Positions 12,687-22,564 of a stretch of DNA of 53,402 nucleotides are shown piece by piece. The notes beneath the pieces are model-generated. The model had not been told where the DNA came from. It saw only the letters and a program-made list of their open reading frames with translations, and searched no databases. How positions within the stretch are numbered: position 1 is the first letter of the stretch; the number at the start of each line of letters is the position of its first letter. Location: positions 1-53,402 of the forward strand of contig CALSCP010002390.1 of the NCBI GenBank assembly GCA_943704425.1. The letters run 5' to 3'. The position numbers and the translations under genes are program-made. This stretch comes from Ministeria vibrans ATCC 50519. Lineage: Eukaryota > Protista > Filasterea.

Positions 12687-15385
12687 TCATTCACCCTCAT
12701 AATCTGGGTCGCTGTCGTCGCCAACGGCACCGGCACCACTGTCGTCACCGTCGCCATCGTTCTCGTCCTCGTCGTCATCATCTTCATCACTCTCGCACTC
12801 ATCAAAGGGTTCCGTGGCGACGTCTTGCAAGGGGCAGCGACGGCGGTTGTGGCCTATTGCACCACAGATACTACAATGGTACGTGCGAGTGCGACGATGG
12901 CCCGCGTCTTCGTCGGCTGCGGCCGCTGCGTCGCGGATGTTGGCAATCGTTATGGTGACGTGCTGTTGCGTGGCAGGGAGCTCATGTTCACCAGCTGAAA
13001 GTACACGGCTGCCACCACCGGCGACTTGTTTATTGCGCCCGATGTACTGGCCACCGACGACGACCTTGGCGAGAGTTTGCACGGCCGGAACGAGTTTCTC
13101 GCGGGCCATAGTGAAGCGAATAAAATCAGGAATTGGAACCGTGCTGATATCCTCCTCACGTGGGTTGACAGGCTCGTAGTCCGGGAGAACAAACGGTTGC
13201 AAGTTACGTAGCACAGGCAACGTGGAGCCGGCGAAACAAAGCGACTGTAGGGGCACAGCCCAGGCGCAGTCGCGAAGTGCCACAAGTACATGCTCGCACG
13301 GCAGAAGCGACTGCCGGTTGCATTTCCGGCTACACCATTTCTAAATGAACAGTTATATTGTGTGTTAAATTCATGCAGATTAGAGGCCGTTATATAAGTG
13401 TACCTCGCGCTGCTGCAGGTCGAGAGGGTTGATCGGGCCACTGAGGTCGACTTTGATGCGCAGCAGCGGGACATTGAAGTTCTTCAACACTGCTGTCAAT
13501 CCTGCCTGAGACTGCACTGTATATGTAGAAGAGCGAATTGTTGAGTCGATCTCTTCCTGCAGCGCTGCGGGCAAGATGCCTCCACCGGGTTCGTAGTTGG
13601 TGCTTTCCTCCAAGATGCTGGCCAAGCGCGTCGACGCGCTCTCATGAAAACACATTATCGTGCTCGAAATCGGAGTGTTGCAGCGGCGAACTTCCTGAAC
13701 AGTCGCAAACGATCCTTCCACATCGTTACTACTGGTCTTGCCAAACAGGTTGTGACGCACGGCAGAGAGGGAGAAGCTGGCTGGGTCGTGTCTGCAATAA
13801 ATAAATGAAACCAACTGTTAACATTATTCAGAAGGGAAGAATTTCATACTTTTCAAGACTGTCTGCAACGGTGGAAGATATTTCTCGGAGTGCCTGTCGT
13901 GCCTCGTTGTACTTCTCAGGCGTGAGTGCCTTCACCATGTTTTGAAAACACTTCAGCGTTTGGGGGCGGTCCTTGGCAGGCACGTTTAGCTTCGTCATCT
14001 TACGAGTCAGTGAGCGCTCCAAGTGTTTGCTATAGTAAAACGAAGGTGTGAGTTGTCAATTTTAACAAAAAGTCGCGTGATACCACACACGACACACTTA
14101 CGAGCAGTGGAAAATGTCCGCCTGCTCACCGAACACCTCGTTGACGGCTGCAATGAGTGAGCGACCTTGATCACAGATAAAGACGATGCGGCGTTCGGGG
14201 TGTTGCTCAAGGTTGAGGGCGTCTTTGACGCGTTGAAGCAATGTCGCCGCGGTAACAGAGCTCTCGCCGTCCATGACTGCAATAGCAATGGGTACTTTCG
14301 AGTTGTAAAAGGTGCGAACAGTCACCGCCCCGATTCGACCCGGCTCAGCATCCGCTTTTTTCGGATGCCCTCTGCTGGCTTTCAACGGTATTGGATCACC
14401 GTTGGCGTCGAATGGGCCATGGAACTGGCTTTGAAGCGTGAGCACATCTTTTTCGTGTACGGTGGTGGTTGTGTGAGCGAAATCAATGCAGAAAATGTTG
14501 GTGAGTAGACCGCTCTGAAACATCTTCACCACATTTCCATACACGAACGTGCCGGATACAAACGTGCTTGGGCGAAACTCGTTATCGGTGCTTTCAAGGT
14601 GAAATTCGTTGTCACGGTCAGCGCTTGAGAAGAGTGGGCCGAACTTGAGAAGGTTGGCAAAATCGTTACGCACTCCAAAGAAAAGCATACTTTGGCGCAC
14701 AGGGAGTATGGCTCCTGCTCGACAGTCTGCAACCGCGCAACATATTGTACTTTTCGCAAGTACGGCAGGTAGTTTCAACGTCGCCATCGTTGAAGCGACG
14801 ACCTGATGTCCTTTGCGTCGCATAAGCTCTTGTTGACCCAAGAAAGGCGACACGAAAGACGCCAACGAAGACTCCGTCGTGAGGCCAATCCTGCGCTTCT
14901 TGCGGCTCTCGGTCCCGTCCGCGGCTGCACCGTTGGCAACGACGGTGAGCTCGGGCAGCGCAGCGCACGTATGCTCGATCGTCGCAACAGAGCAACGCCA
15001 CTGTGAGAATGAATCGGCGCGCTCGAAGCACACACGATACTGGCAGCCGCCAGTAGCAAAGCTGCCCGGTGAAGATCCCTGCGGGGCGGCGGTGGCGCAC
15101 ATATAGCGACGACGGAAGGGGTTGTTGTTGGGCAGTGGCGTCGTCTTGCGTCGGAGAACAATTTCGTCATGTCGCACGAAATTCAGTGGATCTGCCGTTG
15201 CAGGCAGAAGAACACCAAGTGTGCACTTCACAGGGGGTGGCTAAAAGCAGAAGAGTGAAGAGAAATCGTCAGCGACCTGCCTCTTGCTGGGACTGAACGG
15301 AAAGCGCGCCAAAACTCAAAAGTCGCAAAAAAAGTAAGGAAATTCGCACCTCTTCGTTAACAATATCAAGGGTACCGCCTTGCAT
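12687..15385 (-). CDS. Mutator-like (MULE) DDE transposase with N-terminal WRKY/GCM1-type zinc finger, SWIM domain and CCHC zinc knuckle; about 5 exons
   Basis: RRYMC...CQYRV...W...IEHTC DNA-binding finger; IFCIDFAH (D1); FICDQGRSLIAAVNEVF (D2); spliced FHCS|KHL (CxxH); SSNDVEGSF (E); spliced KWCSRKCNRQSLLPCEHV (SWIM); YHCSICGAIGHNRRRC. Confidence 0.88.
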
Positions 15386-15613
15386 GGTAATACGGGACAA
15401 AGAAAAGAGGAAATTTAGTGTAATAGTGTTGAGTGTCGACATGGGACATGTCTGACAGCGGTCGATCAGCCGTGATTCTACTCTTTCCGGTAGCACAATG
15501 GCGCCGATGCTGAGACAGGCTGGCCGTTGTGTTTGCTGTGATTGTTGGCTCAGTTTCCTTGCAAACCCTGACGGCAAAAAGAGGCATAGTGGACTTCCAG
15601 TGGACTCCCATGT

Positions 15614-15699
15614 GGATTTTGAATAGATGGGGGATGGATTTTGAATAGATAGGGGATTTTGAATAGATGGGCTGAAAAATTGATGGATTTTGAATAGAT
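15614..15699. repeat. Four copies of GGATTTTGAATAGAT (15614, 15636, 15654, 15685)
   Basis: Exact 15-bp direct repeats read directly. Confidence 0.92.
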
Positions 15700-15809
15700 C
15701 AATAGAACCCTTGTTTTAATGTACATCACCTTTTGTTCATTATATTATTATCAATTATTATTCGATCACACTCTTCTTTCTCGCTCTTCTTTCTCTCTCC
15801 CGTCGCGTC

Positions 15810-17564
15810 TCACAGTTCACCGGCCGTAAAGGCGCGCATGACCTCGGGCGCTGCGGTGTCAAAGCCCACCACATCGAGCATTCCGCGGTCGTCCGGATCG
15901 GCAATGGTGAACCCGTTGGAGCACATGCCAACGACAATGAGACGCGCATCGGGCAGATTCATCCGTGAGCGGTATCGCTGGAGAGCCACTGTCGGATGGA
16001 TCTTTCCGGCCCACGTCTCACTGTCCGTGTACACGACAAACGTGTCAATGGCAAGTCGGTGCTTGAGCGCATAGAGCATCGGCTGAGCACAGTCAGTGCC
16101 ACCAAAAGGCATGCGAGAGGTCTTGGCAAGGACCTGTGCAAGCGACATGGACGCGTCAAGGGCCAAGGGCACGAGCGTGTCGGTGAACGCCATTGTCTTG
16201 CACAGAGGCTCGGTGCGCAATGCAACCATCGCCATGGCGGCAGACGCTTCTCGGCACGAGAGCACGTTGGAGCCGGCGCACGGCGTGCACATGGAGCCAC
16301 TCACGTCGAGTGCGAGCAGGTGGCGCTTGCCCGTCGACTTGATGGCGCCAAAGGCCAAGTAGAAGGCGGCATCAAGGGCTGCCGATACCTCGGGGTGCAC
16401 CGTCCAGGTAAGGGAGCCCTTGACGCCACGGCCGCGCTCGTAGGTGCGCAGCGCCACCAGCACACTCATTGGGTGCACGCGCGCCTGGATGAGCCGGTTC
16501 GCGTCTCTAAGCTGCGCACACACACGCTCGAGTTTGTCAGCACGGTCAAGCACACCGTTGGACGAGAGGCGACCGAGGTTGCGCATGAGTGCCGTCATGG
16601 GCATGTCCTCGAGAAGGGCGCACCAGACCTCCGGCTGGCGGAGCAATGGCGAAGGAACGTGCTCCCACGCGAGGTGGTGTCCTTTGATGAGTCCGCAAGC
16701 CTGTTCAATCACCTCCTCGGCAACAATCTCGGCACTGCCCGCCTGCTCGAGACCACGCAGTTCCTCGACGCCACGCAAAAAGACCACTGTGCGCACGCCT
16801 TCGGCCGCCACTTGAGAGCTCTGCTCATCTTCCGCCATGTCCATGTGCAGGCGAGTCACCAGGTCGTTTTCGCCGACCGCACTGGCACCCTTGACACAGT
16901 AGCGGAACACCAGCTCGTGACCGTTGGTGAGAGCCTTGGGATGTGCCAGACGCAGCACATCGCGGTGCTTCCAGCCGAGACGCTCGCGGTACTTGGTCAC
17001 TGTGTAGGCGAGCTTTTGTGGGCTGCGTCCCGTGTACCACTGCGAGACGGCGCGGCGCTGGGCACGGCCCCAGCCAGTGCCCCCGGTGCGGCTTCCACGT
17101 GAGAGTTTCTCACTGGCAGCGAGAAAGCCAAAGAGCATGGTGGGGGTGCGGCACACTTCGGAGAGGACGGCGAGCGCGGCGCGGCGCACCTCTTCGTCTT
17201 CGGCACGGTGGGCACAGTAGGCAAGCGAGAAGATGAGCGTGTCCTGCTTGCACGTGCGCCCGGCAACACTCATGTCGCGCACCGTCTGGACCACTTGGGG
17301 CCCCTTGCCGTCGGCGAGCATTCGCTGGAGCACCTCGACGTTTTCAATGTTGAGATCGCGCTCCTTGGCGTAAAAGGTGCCGCCTTCGGTGCCGAGCACA
17401 AGGAAGCGCGCAAGGCGCTCTTCGTCGCTGGCCTGGTACGAGTGGCCGCTTGCGCTGTTGGCAACCTGGCCCGGCAGCGGCTTGGACTGGGGAACGTCGT
17501 CGCACGTCGGCGGAAAAGTTGGAGCGGAAAACGCCTGAGCCAAACGGGTCAAAAGAGAACTCAT
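15810..17564 (-). CDS. RO60: Ro60 / TROVE-vWA RNA-binding protein, intronless
   Basis: QVANSASGHSY, RLARFLVLGTEGGTFY, VCRTPTMLFGF, GWGRAQRRAVSQWY, KYRERLGWKHRDVLRLAHPK, MPMTALMRNLG, ARVHP, LALDVSGSM (MIDAS), GGTDCAQPM, VYTDSETWAGKIHP, IADPDDRGMLDVVGFD. Confidence 0.97.
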   Translation of the reverse strand: MSSLLTRLAQAFSAPTFPPTCDDVPQSKPLPGQVANSASGHSYQASDEERLARFLVLGTEGGTFYAKERDLNIENVEVLQRMLADGKGPQVVQTVRDMSVAGRTCKQDTLIFSLAYCAHRAEDEEVRRAALAVLSEVCRTPTMLFGFLAASEKLSRGSRTGGTGWGRAQRRAVSQWYTGRSPQKLAYTVTKYRERLGWKHRDVLRLAHPKALTNGHELVFRYCVKGASAVGENDLVTRLHMDMAEDEQSSQVAAEGVRTVVFLRGVEELRGLEQAGSAEIVAEEVIEQACGLIKGHHLAWEHVPSPLLRQPEVWCALLEDMPMTALMRNLGRLSSNGVLDRADKLERVCAQLRDANRLIQARVHPMSVLVALRTYERGRGVKGSLTWTVHPEVSAALDAAFYLAFGAIKSTGKRHLLALDVSGSMCTPCAGSNVLSCREASAAMAMVALRTEPLCKTMAFTDTLVPLALDASMSLAQVLAKTSRMPFGGTDCAQPMLYALKHRLAIDTFVVYTDSETWAGKIHPTVALQRYRSRMNLPDARLIVVGMCSNGFTIADPDDRGMLDVVGFDTAAPEVMRAFTAGEL

Positions 17565-18283
17565 GTGGGAGTGTGAGGAGGCGGACCCGGGTTGGGTTGG
17601 GCTGGTGGGGTCGGTGAAGGACGGGAAAGAGAGAATAAAAGTGATGGGCGAGCAGGAGAGCGGTTGTTCAATGTGGCGGGAGGAGAGGGTTGAGCAAAGC
17701 ATCTTTCGTCATGGCGACGAAGCCTCATGATGATGTGAGCACATCCAAAGGACGACAAAGCGTCGGGCGACGTTGGCCTTGCCATGTGCTTTATCTGCTG
17801 TACACGTAACACGTGTGCATCTGGTCGTACTAAGGTCGAAGTAGCTTGTCAGAGAGTGAACGTGTGGAGTTTAAAAAAGTCAGGTTTGGTTGTTTGTTTC
17901 GGAGTTGAGAAGTTTGTGTATTGACAGTATTGACATGGGCAGACTGAATAGCTTCTTGTTGACGTGTGTGTCCCGTGCTTATCAAGGGCTCTTTACTATG
18001 TGCTTTTGGTGATTGTGTGTCGCCGTCAAACTGAAACTCCCTCTGGGACTCAATTCACACCTGTCTCGAGAATTACGGCAAAGTGAAGGTGTTGCGCAGT
18101 TGTAGGAGCACTTGAAAGATGATTTGAACAAGATTATTACGCTTGCTTGGCATACAGACCCCGAAAAAGCTTCTTTTCTTGGTGGTTGGAAATTGGTGTC
18201 TTGTGAATCTTGAAGCTTGGTCAACTTTCTTGTGTATAAAAGCGCTCACACAATTCATTCTCTCATCATTAAAATTCATCATC

Positions 18284-19345
18284 ATGAGCTCCACAACATC
18301 AACCAACACTACTACATTGCCGACGCCCCAGAGGGCACAGATCAAGCTCGCACGCTTTTTTGAGCGAGCCGCCAAAATTTCAACCCACATCCAAAACAAA
18401 CTCGAACAGGATCCCGAGTTGATCCAACGCCGCCTGCGCATGTGCCATCTTCGCGGCGTCAAGAGGACGGAAGCCATGAAAGAGAAGCACGAAGAGTGCC
18501 GGCGGCACTGGCGTCGCCGGGCAGCGCAGCCGGAGGAGACCAACGAGGAGCACAACAACACGAGCGGACCAGCACGTTGTGGCCGCAAGCGCTGCCTCAT
18601 TGTGCGTCTGGAGCGCCGCCGTCGCTGCCATTCGGCTCCGACCTGCCATTCGGCTCCGACGGCCAAACACCCTGCTGATGAGCAAGCATCGGCCGAGACA
18701 GCGACACCTTCGACTGAGGAGACCACGGTGCATGACGTGGTCGTGACACCTGTTGACGCAGCGCAGCCACTGCGTGACGAAGTGGACACGCTTGTGGCAG
18801 AGACAACGCAGCTGCAGGAAAAACTCAAGGCAGTGCAAGAGAAGCGCAAGGCTGTCATGGAAAAGACGCGTGCGGAGATTCAGGCGACGCGCGAGCTTGA
18901 GGCCACTTTGCGCTCGAATTTCAAGGCGGCGCGACCTGCAGTGAGCGCCACAGCGACCAAGGAGGAAAAGATTGCAGCACGCGAGACTACGACAGCGGAA
19001 CGCCAAGCAATCCAAGAGCACCTGGTGGTGGTAAAGGCGAAGCGCGAGGCACTGGTGGCCGCGCTTGCGCCATTCAAGGGCGACAAGAAGAAGAATCCTG
19101 AGGCGGAAGAACCACGCAATCCTGTCGAAGTGGAAGCGGTGAGTGCGGAGGCGGAGGAAACGCCCGAGGAAATACCCGCACCTGTGACAGTGGCACAGCT
19201 CAAAGAATCTCTCGAGAAGATCCGGCAGAGCATCAAGGCACAGCCCAACCCCAAGGCACGTCAGGCGGCGTTGAAGGCGACCGAGGCTGAGCGGGCAAGC
19301 GTTCGCGCGCAAATTCAGCACAAGCGAAAGGAAAACGGAAAATAA
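18284..19345 (+). CDS. Hypothetical charged coiled-coil protein
   Basis: Single long ORF with E/K/R/A-rich helical composition, AT-rich flanks and an internal CHSAPT duplication. No family recognised. Confidence 0.7.
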   Translation: MSSTTSTNTTTLPTPQRAQIKLARFFERAAKISTHIQNKLEQDPELIQRRLRMCHLRGVKRTEAMKEKHEECRRHWRRRAAQPEETNEEHNNTSGPARCGRKRCLIVRLERRRRCHSAPTCHSAPTAKHPADEQASAETATPSTEETTVHDVVVTPVDAAQPLRDEVDTLVAETTQLQEKLKAVQEKRKAVMEKTRAEIQATRELEATLRSNFKAARPAVSATATKEEKIAARETTTAERQAIQEHLVVVKAKREALVAALAPFKGDKKKNPEAEEPRNPVEVEAVSAEAEETPEEIPAPVTVAQLKESLEKIRQSIKAQPNPKARQAALKATEAERASVRAQIQHKRKENGK

Positions 19346-19512
19346 AATGAAAAGCTCTTTTTTTTTGCATCACAAGCACGCAACATCAGAAAAAAATGAG
19401 AAAAAAACGGTCCTTTCAGCGTTTTCATAGTGCCGTATATTTTTCGACTAGCACACAAATTTTGAAGTACTACTCATATCACCTCTTGAAAAATGTACAC
19501 GTTTTCTATTTT

Positions 19513-22334
19513 TCACAAGTCAAACATGACTCTGAGACCAGCCTCAATGCGCCAGTGCACATAGAACGCAATCTCGCCCTGCGTATACGGACCGCCCAAC
19601 GAGTCACTCTCGAGCGCAGTCGCATCGCGTTCAGAGTCACTGCGCACTCCGCCCTTTCGTTTCGATCCTTCAGCAGCGTAGAACAACGGTCGATGGTCCG
19701 TCGAGTCAACGATAGTCACGAGAGATGGCTTGCGCCCGTGATCGTCATACAACGTCCGCACAATCTACAATCAACCAAGAAAAGAGATGAAGAGACAGAC
19801 AGAAACAAAGTGTTAGAGAGAAAGAAAGAAACAAAGTCCTAATGCTGGAGAGAGACGCACAAATGAGAACAAGTTCAAAATTCCTCTATTCGATATACCT
19901 TTAAAATGTAGTCAATGCGCTCATCGAGCTTGGTCAGCACTGCGCCACTGGCGGGTCTGGACCGCTCGCGTGACACATCATCCGCCCACAGCTGATTGGC
20001 CCTGCGCGACGCAGTGCGCCACTGTCGCCACAGTCCACGACAAAACTTGTGCTTCTCCGAGACCGCGCGTGACGCGCGAACCCTCAAATACGTCTCACTC
20101 AGGTCAAACAAATGCGCACAAATTCGATGAGCCACAAACTGTCTCTTCTGCTGCTTTCTCCTCCGCTTCTTCGTCTTCTTGTTCGTATTATCATCTTCGT
20201 CGTCTTCTTCCTCAAAATCAATCGGGCCATTCGCAGTAAGCGCTGACGCTGATTGAAGATCCAGCACACCCGGCGAGTCCCGCATTGAAAAGTAGTCCAA
20301 ATCCACGTCCAAAATGTACCCCTTGCCTATTCCAAGTCCGCGCGTCGCCGCCTCCTCCTCCTCCTCTCCTCCAGTTGCGCTCGCGTCAAACAGAAACCGA
20401 TCAAGTCGGCGCGCAGTCTCCCTCTGATGCATCTCATGACTGCGCTGTGTCTTCATCACGAGCAGTCGCACTGGCACACTGTCCCCAACTTCCGTATCTC
20501 CACAGTGCCACGCAATCTGGTGGGGTCGCTCAGAGGGACACTCTTGCGTCTGGAAACTCGCGTCCAGTCCCATTATAATACGTGAATCACTCTGCACCGT
20601 TCGCGCATTCCACACTTGAGAGCCCTATTATATACAATTAATAAAGAGAGTGTAAAAAATAATAAAATCATAATAATGATAATTGTGCAATGAATATTAC
20701 CGATCCAAACGAATATTTCATCCAAGGATTCTCATGGAGCAACAACTCACCCACATTCGGAGACAAATCCTCCTCTTCGCCACTCTCGCTTGCCCCATTC
20801 TCACTTGTCTCCTTCTCACTGTGACTCTCACTTGTCTCGTCGCTCTCACCCGTCTCCTTCTCACTCGCTTCATCTCTTCTTCTTCTTCTTCTTCTCTCCG
20901 GCTGCGTTTGCGGCAATCCCACAAAGAGCGGCACTTGAGGCGTATCGAGAATGAGCAAGTCTTCGCCCATCTGACACACTCGCTGGATCGTCTCAATCTG
21001 CTCTTGCTCCTCGGGCGGAAAAGGCGCAATCCAGCTCACCTGAGGATCATCACAGGCACTCATCGCATCCGCGTCCTCTCCGTCAAGAATGCGTGCGAGG
21101 TCCACCAGAGGCTCGTCAGTGCACCGTTTGGACATGCGTGTGTGGAGCATGTCGAGCTCAAACTCGGCAGTCGCCTCGTACTCGGCGTGAAGCCAGGCGA
21201 CGCGACGCACTCGCGCGTGCTCCATGCCGTACGAAATGGGCTCGGCCCGCCAGAGCCGCAAGAACTGCTCGTCACGCTCCTGTTGCGATAGCGGTGTTTG
21301 CTTGGCACTTTGGCGAGTGGCAAAGGGTGGCACGGGCGAGAGGTCGCCGTGCGAGTCGATGTGGAGCAGTGCGCGTGTGTCCCCGTGCGGCAGTCGTTCG
21401 CCCGCGCGAAGCCAGTAGCGAGGAGCATACTGGTGGCTGTTCATGTGAAAGATGGGTAACCGCCTGCTGTGGGGTGAGTTCGGCTCGGCTGGCATATCCC
21501 GCACTTCTTGTGCGTTCTTCAGCTCGTACAGACTGGCGTGCAGTTTGTACAGCGCCACGCCCATCACACCTAAAACGTGCTTGTCGCGCCCGTCTGTCTC
21601 CAGCGTCCACTCGGTGCCCATCTCGGAACGTTTCTCAAACTCAACCAAGCTCCCGGAGAAGGTAGGTACGCGCTGTTCAAACGGACGACGCGCTTCGAAG
21701 CGCGCATAGGCCAGACCAAACGCATGGGCAGCGCGATCAAACGCACGGTCGCACGCTCGTCCGTCCAGCGCTGGAGCCTGTGCCAATGTCGCATACCGAC
21801 TTTGCTGTGCTTTGTTCCATAAAAGCTTCTTGTTGCGTACGACGCGATGGTGCTCAGCGACGAGCTGGAGAGCGTCGTTGCTGTACAGCTCCTCTTCCAG
21901 CTTGCGCGGTGTCTCTTCGCGACGCGTCTCGTCCTGCTTTCCCTGATCCGTGCGATCAATCTTGGCCAGTCGTTCGACGTCACTCAACAGCTGGGTTCGG
22001 AGAGGGCGCAAAGGAGTCAAGGTGAGCGACAAAGAGACACGAACTACATTTTCAACACCTTTTGAAGGGACTTTTCGGGAGTTCCTACGGGCACAAGCGC
22101 GAATTGAGCAGACACGCACTCGTGAACAGCCGACAGTGCATCCCGCACATCCATTAGATGCGCAGCGGTGCGCTGATTCGCCACGGATTCTTGGCTCTGA
22201 GAGAAACTTGTGTGTGTTGGCGGAGTTTGCGAAGTGTTCAACTGCAGAACCACAACGACAGCCCCCACTAGCAGGACGAATCCGCCAAGACGACGCACGC
22301 CCAACGTCCCCAAGTGCCGTTCCAGCGATCGCAT
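19513..22334 (-). CDS. UPF0489/C5orf22-like (arginase/deacetylase-fold) protein with N-terminal signal anchor, about 4 exons
   Basis: LPIFHMNSHQYAPRYW, LLHIDSHGDL, YILDVDLDYFS, PSLVTIVDS resemble UPF0489 motifs; N-terminal LGGFVLLVGAVVVVL. Confidence 0.7.
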
Positions 22335-22564
22335 CGCTTGTGTCGCCGCTTTGTCGAGTTGAGTTGGAAATGAGTGATCTTGAAAAATATTAAAAATATT
22401 CAATCACTGTATTTGTCTCTTACCACAACTCTCTGGTGCCCGTGTAACTTCACGGCACCACACAAGCACGCGTGTACCCGCCCATCCCTCCGATCTCCGT
22501 GTGTGCGGCGTGTGTGTGCCTCTGAGAGTGTCTGAGCGTGTGTGTGTGTGTCTCTGGCAGTGCA

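Larger units (their letters stand above)
12580..15710 (-). mobile_element. Mutator-like DNA transposon. The right end is probably at about 15710; the left end is unresolved (gap/microsatellite).
   Basis: Transposase plus four subterminal 15-bp repeats ending in ...AATAGAACCC (GGG start on the minus strand). No matching left TIR or 9-bp TSD is visible. Confidence 0.6.

Noticed and set aside
15527-15580. GGCTGGCCG resembling a Y RNA 5' end next to Ro60
   Set aside because: It lacks the GGUCCGA bulged-C motif, the complementary UUGAC strand and a poly-T terminator, and it lies inside the MULE.
15614-15699. Direct repeats as a CRISPR-like array
   Set aside because: Repeats are 15 bp with 3-16 bp spacers, there are no cas genes, and the context is eukaryotic. 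They are better explained as transposon subterminal repeats.
15996-17102. Long antisense or alternative-frame ORFs (also 18380-19321, 42476-43447, 51923-53353, 5761-6639)
   Set aside because: Shadows of GC-rich or repetitive coding sequence on the true frame, with no independent protein features.
17700-17820. Small hairpins, ATGATGA and CACGTG upstream of Ro60 (snoRNA, SECIS or ribozyme?)
   Set aside because: No D box at a suitable distance, not in a 3' UTR, no hammerhead core, and the stems are short enough to occur by chance.
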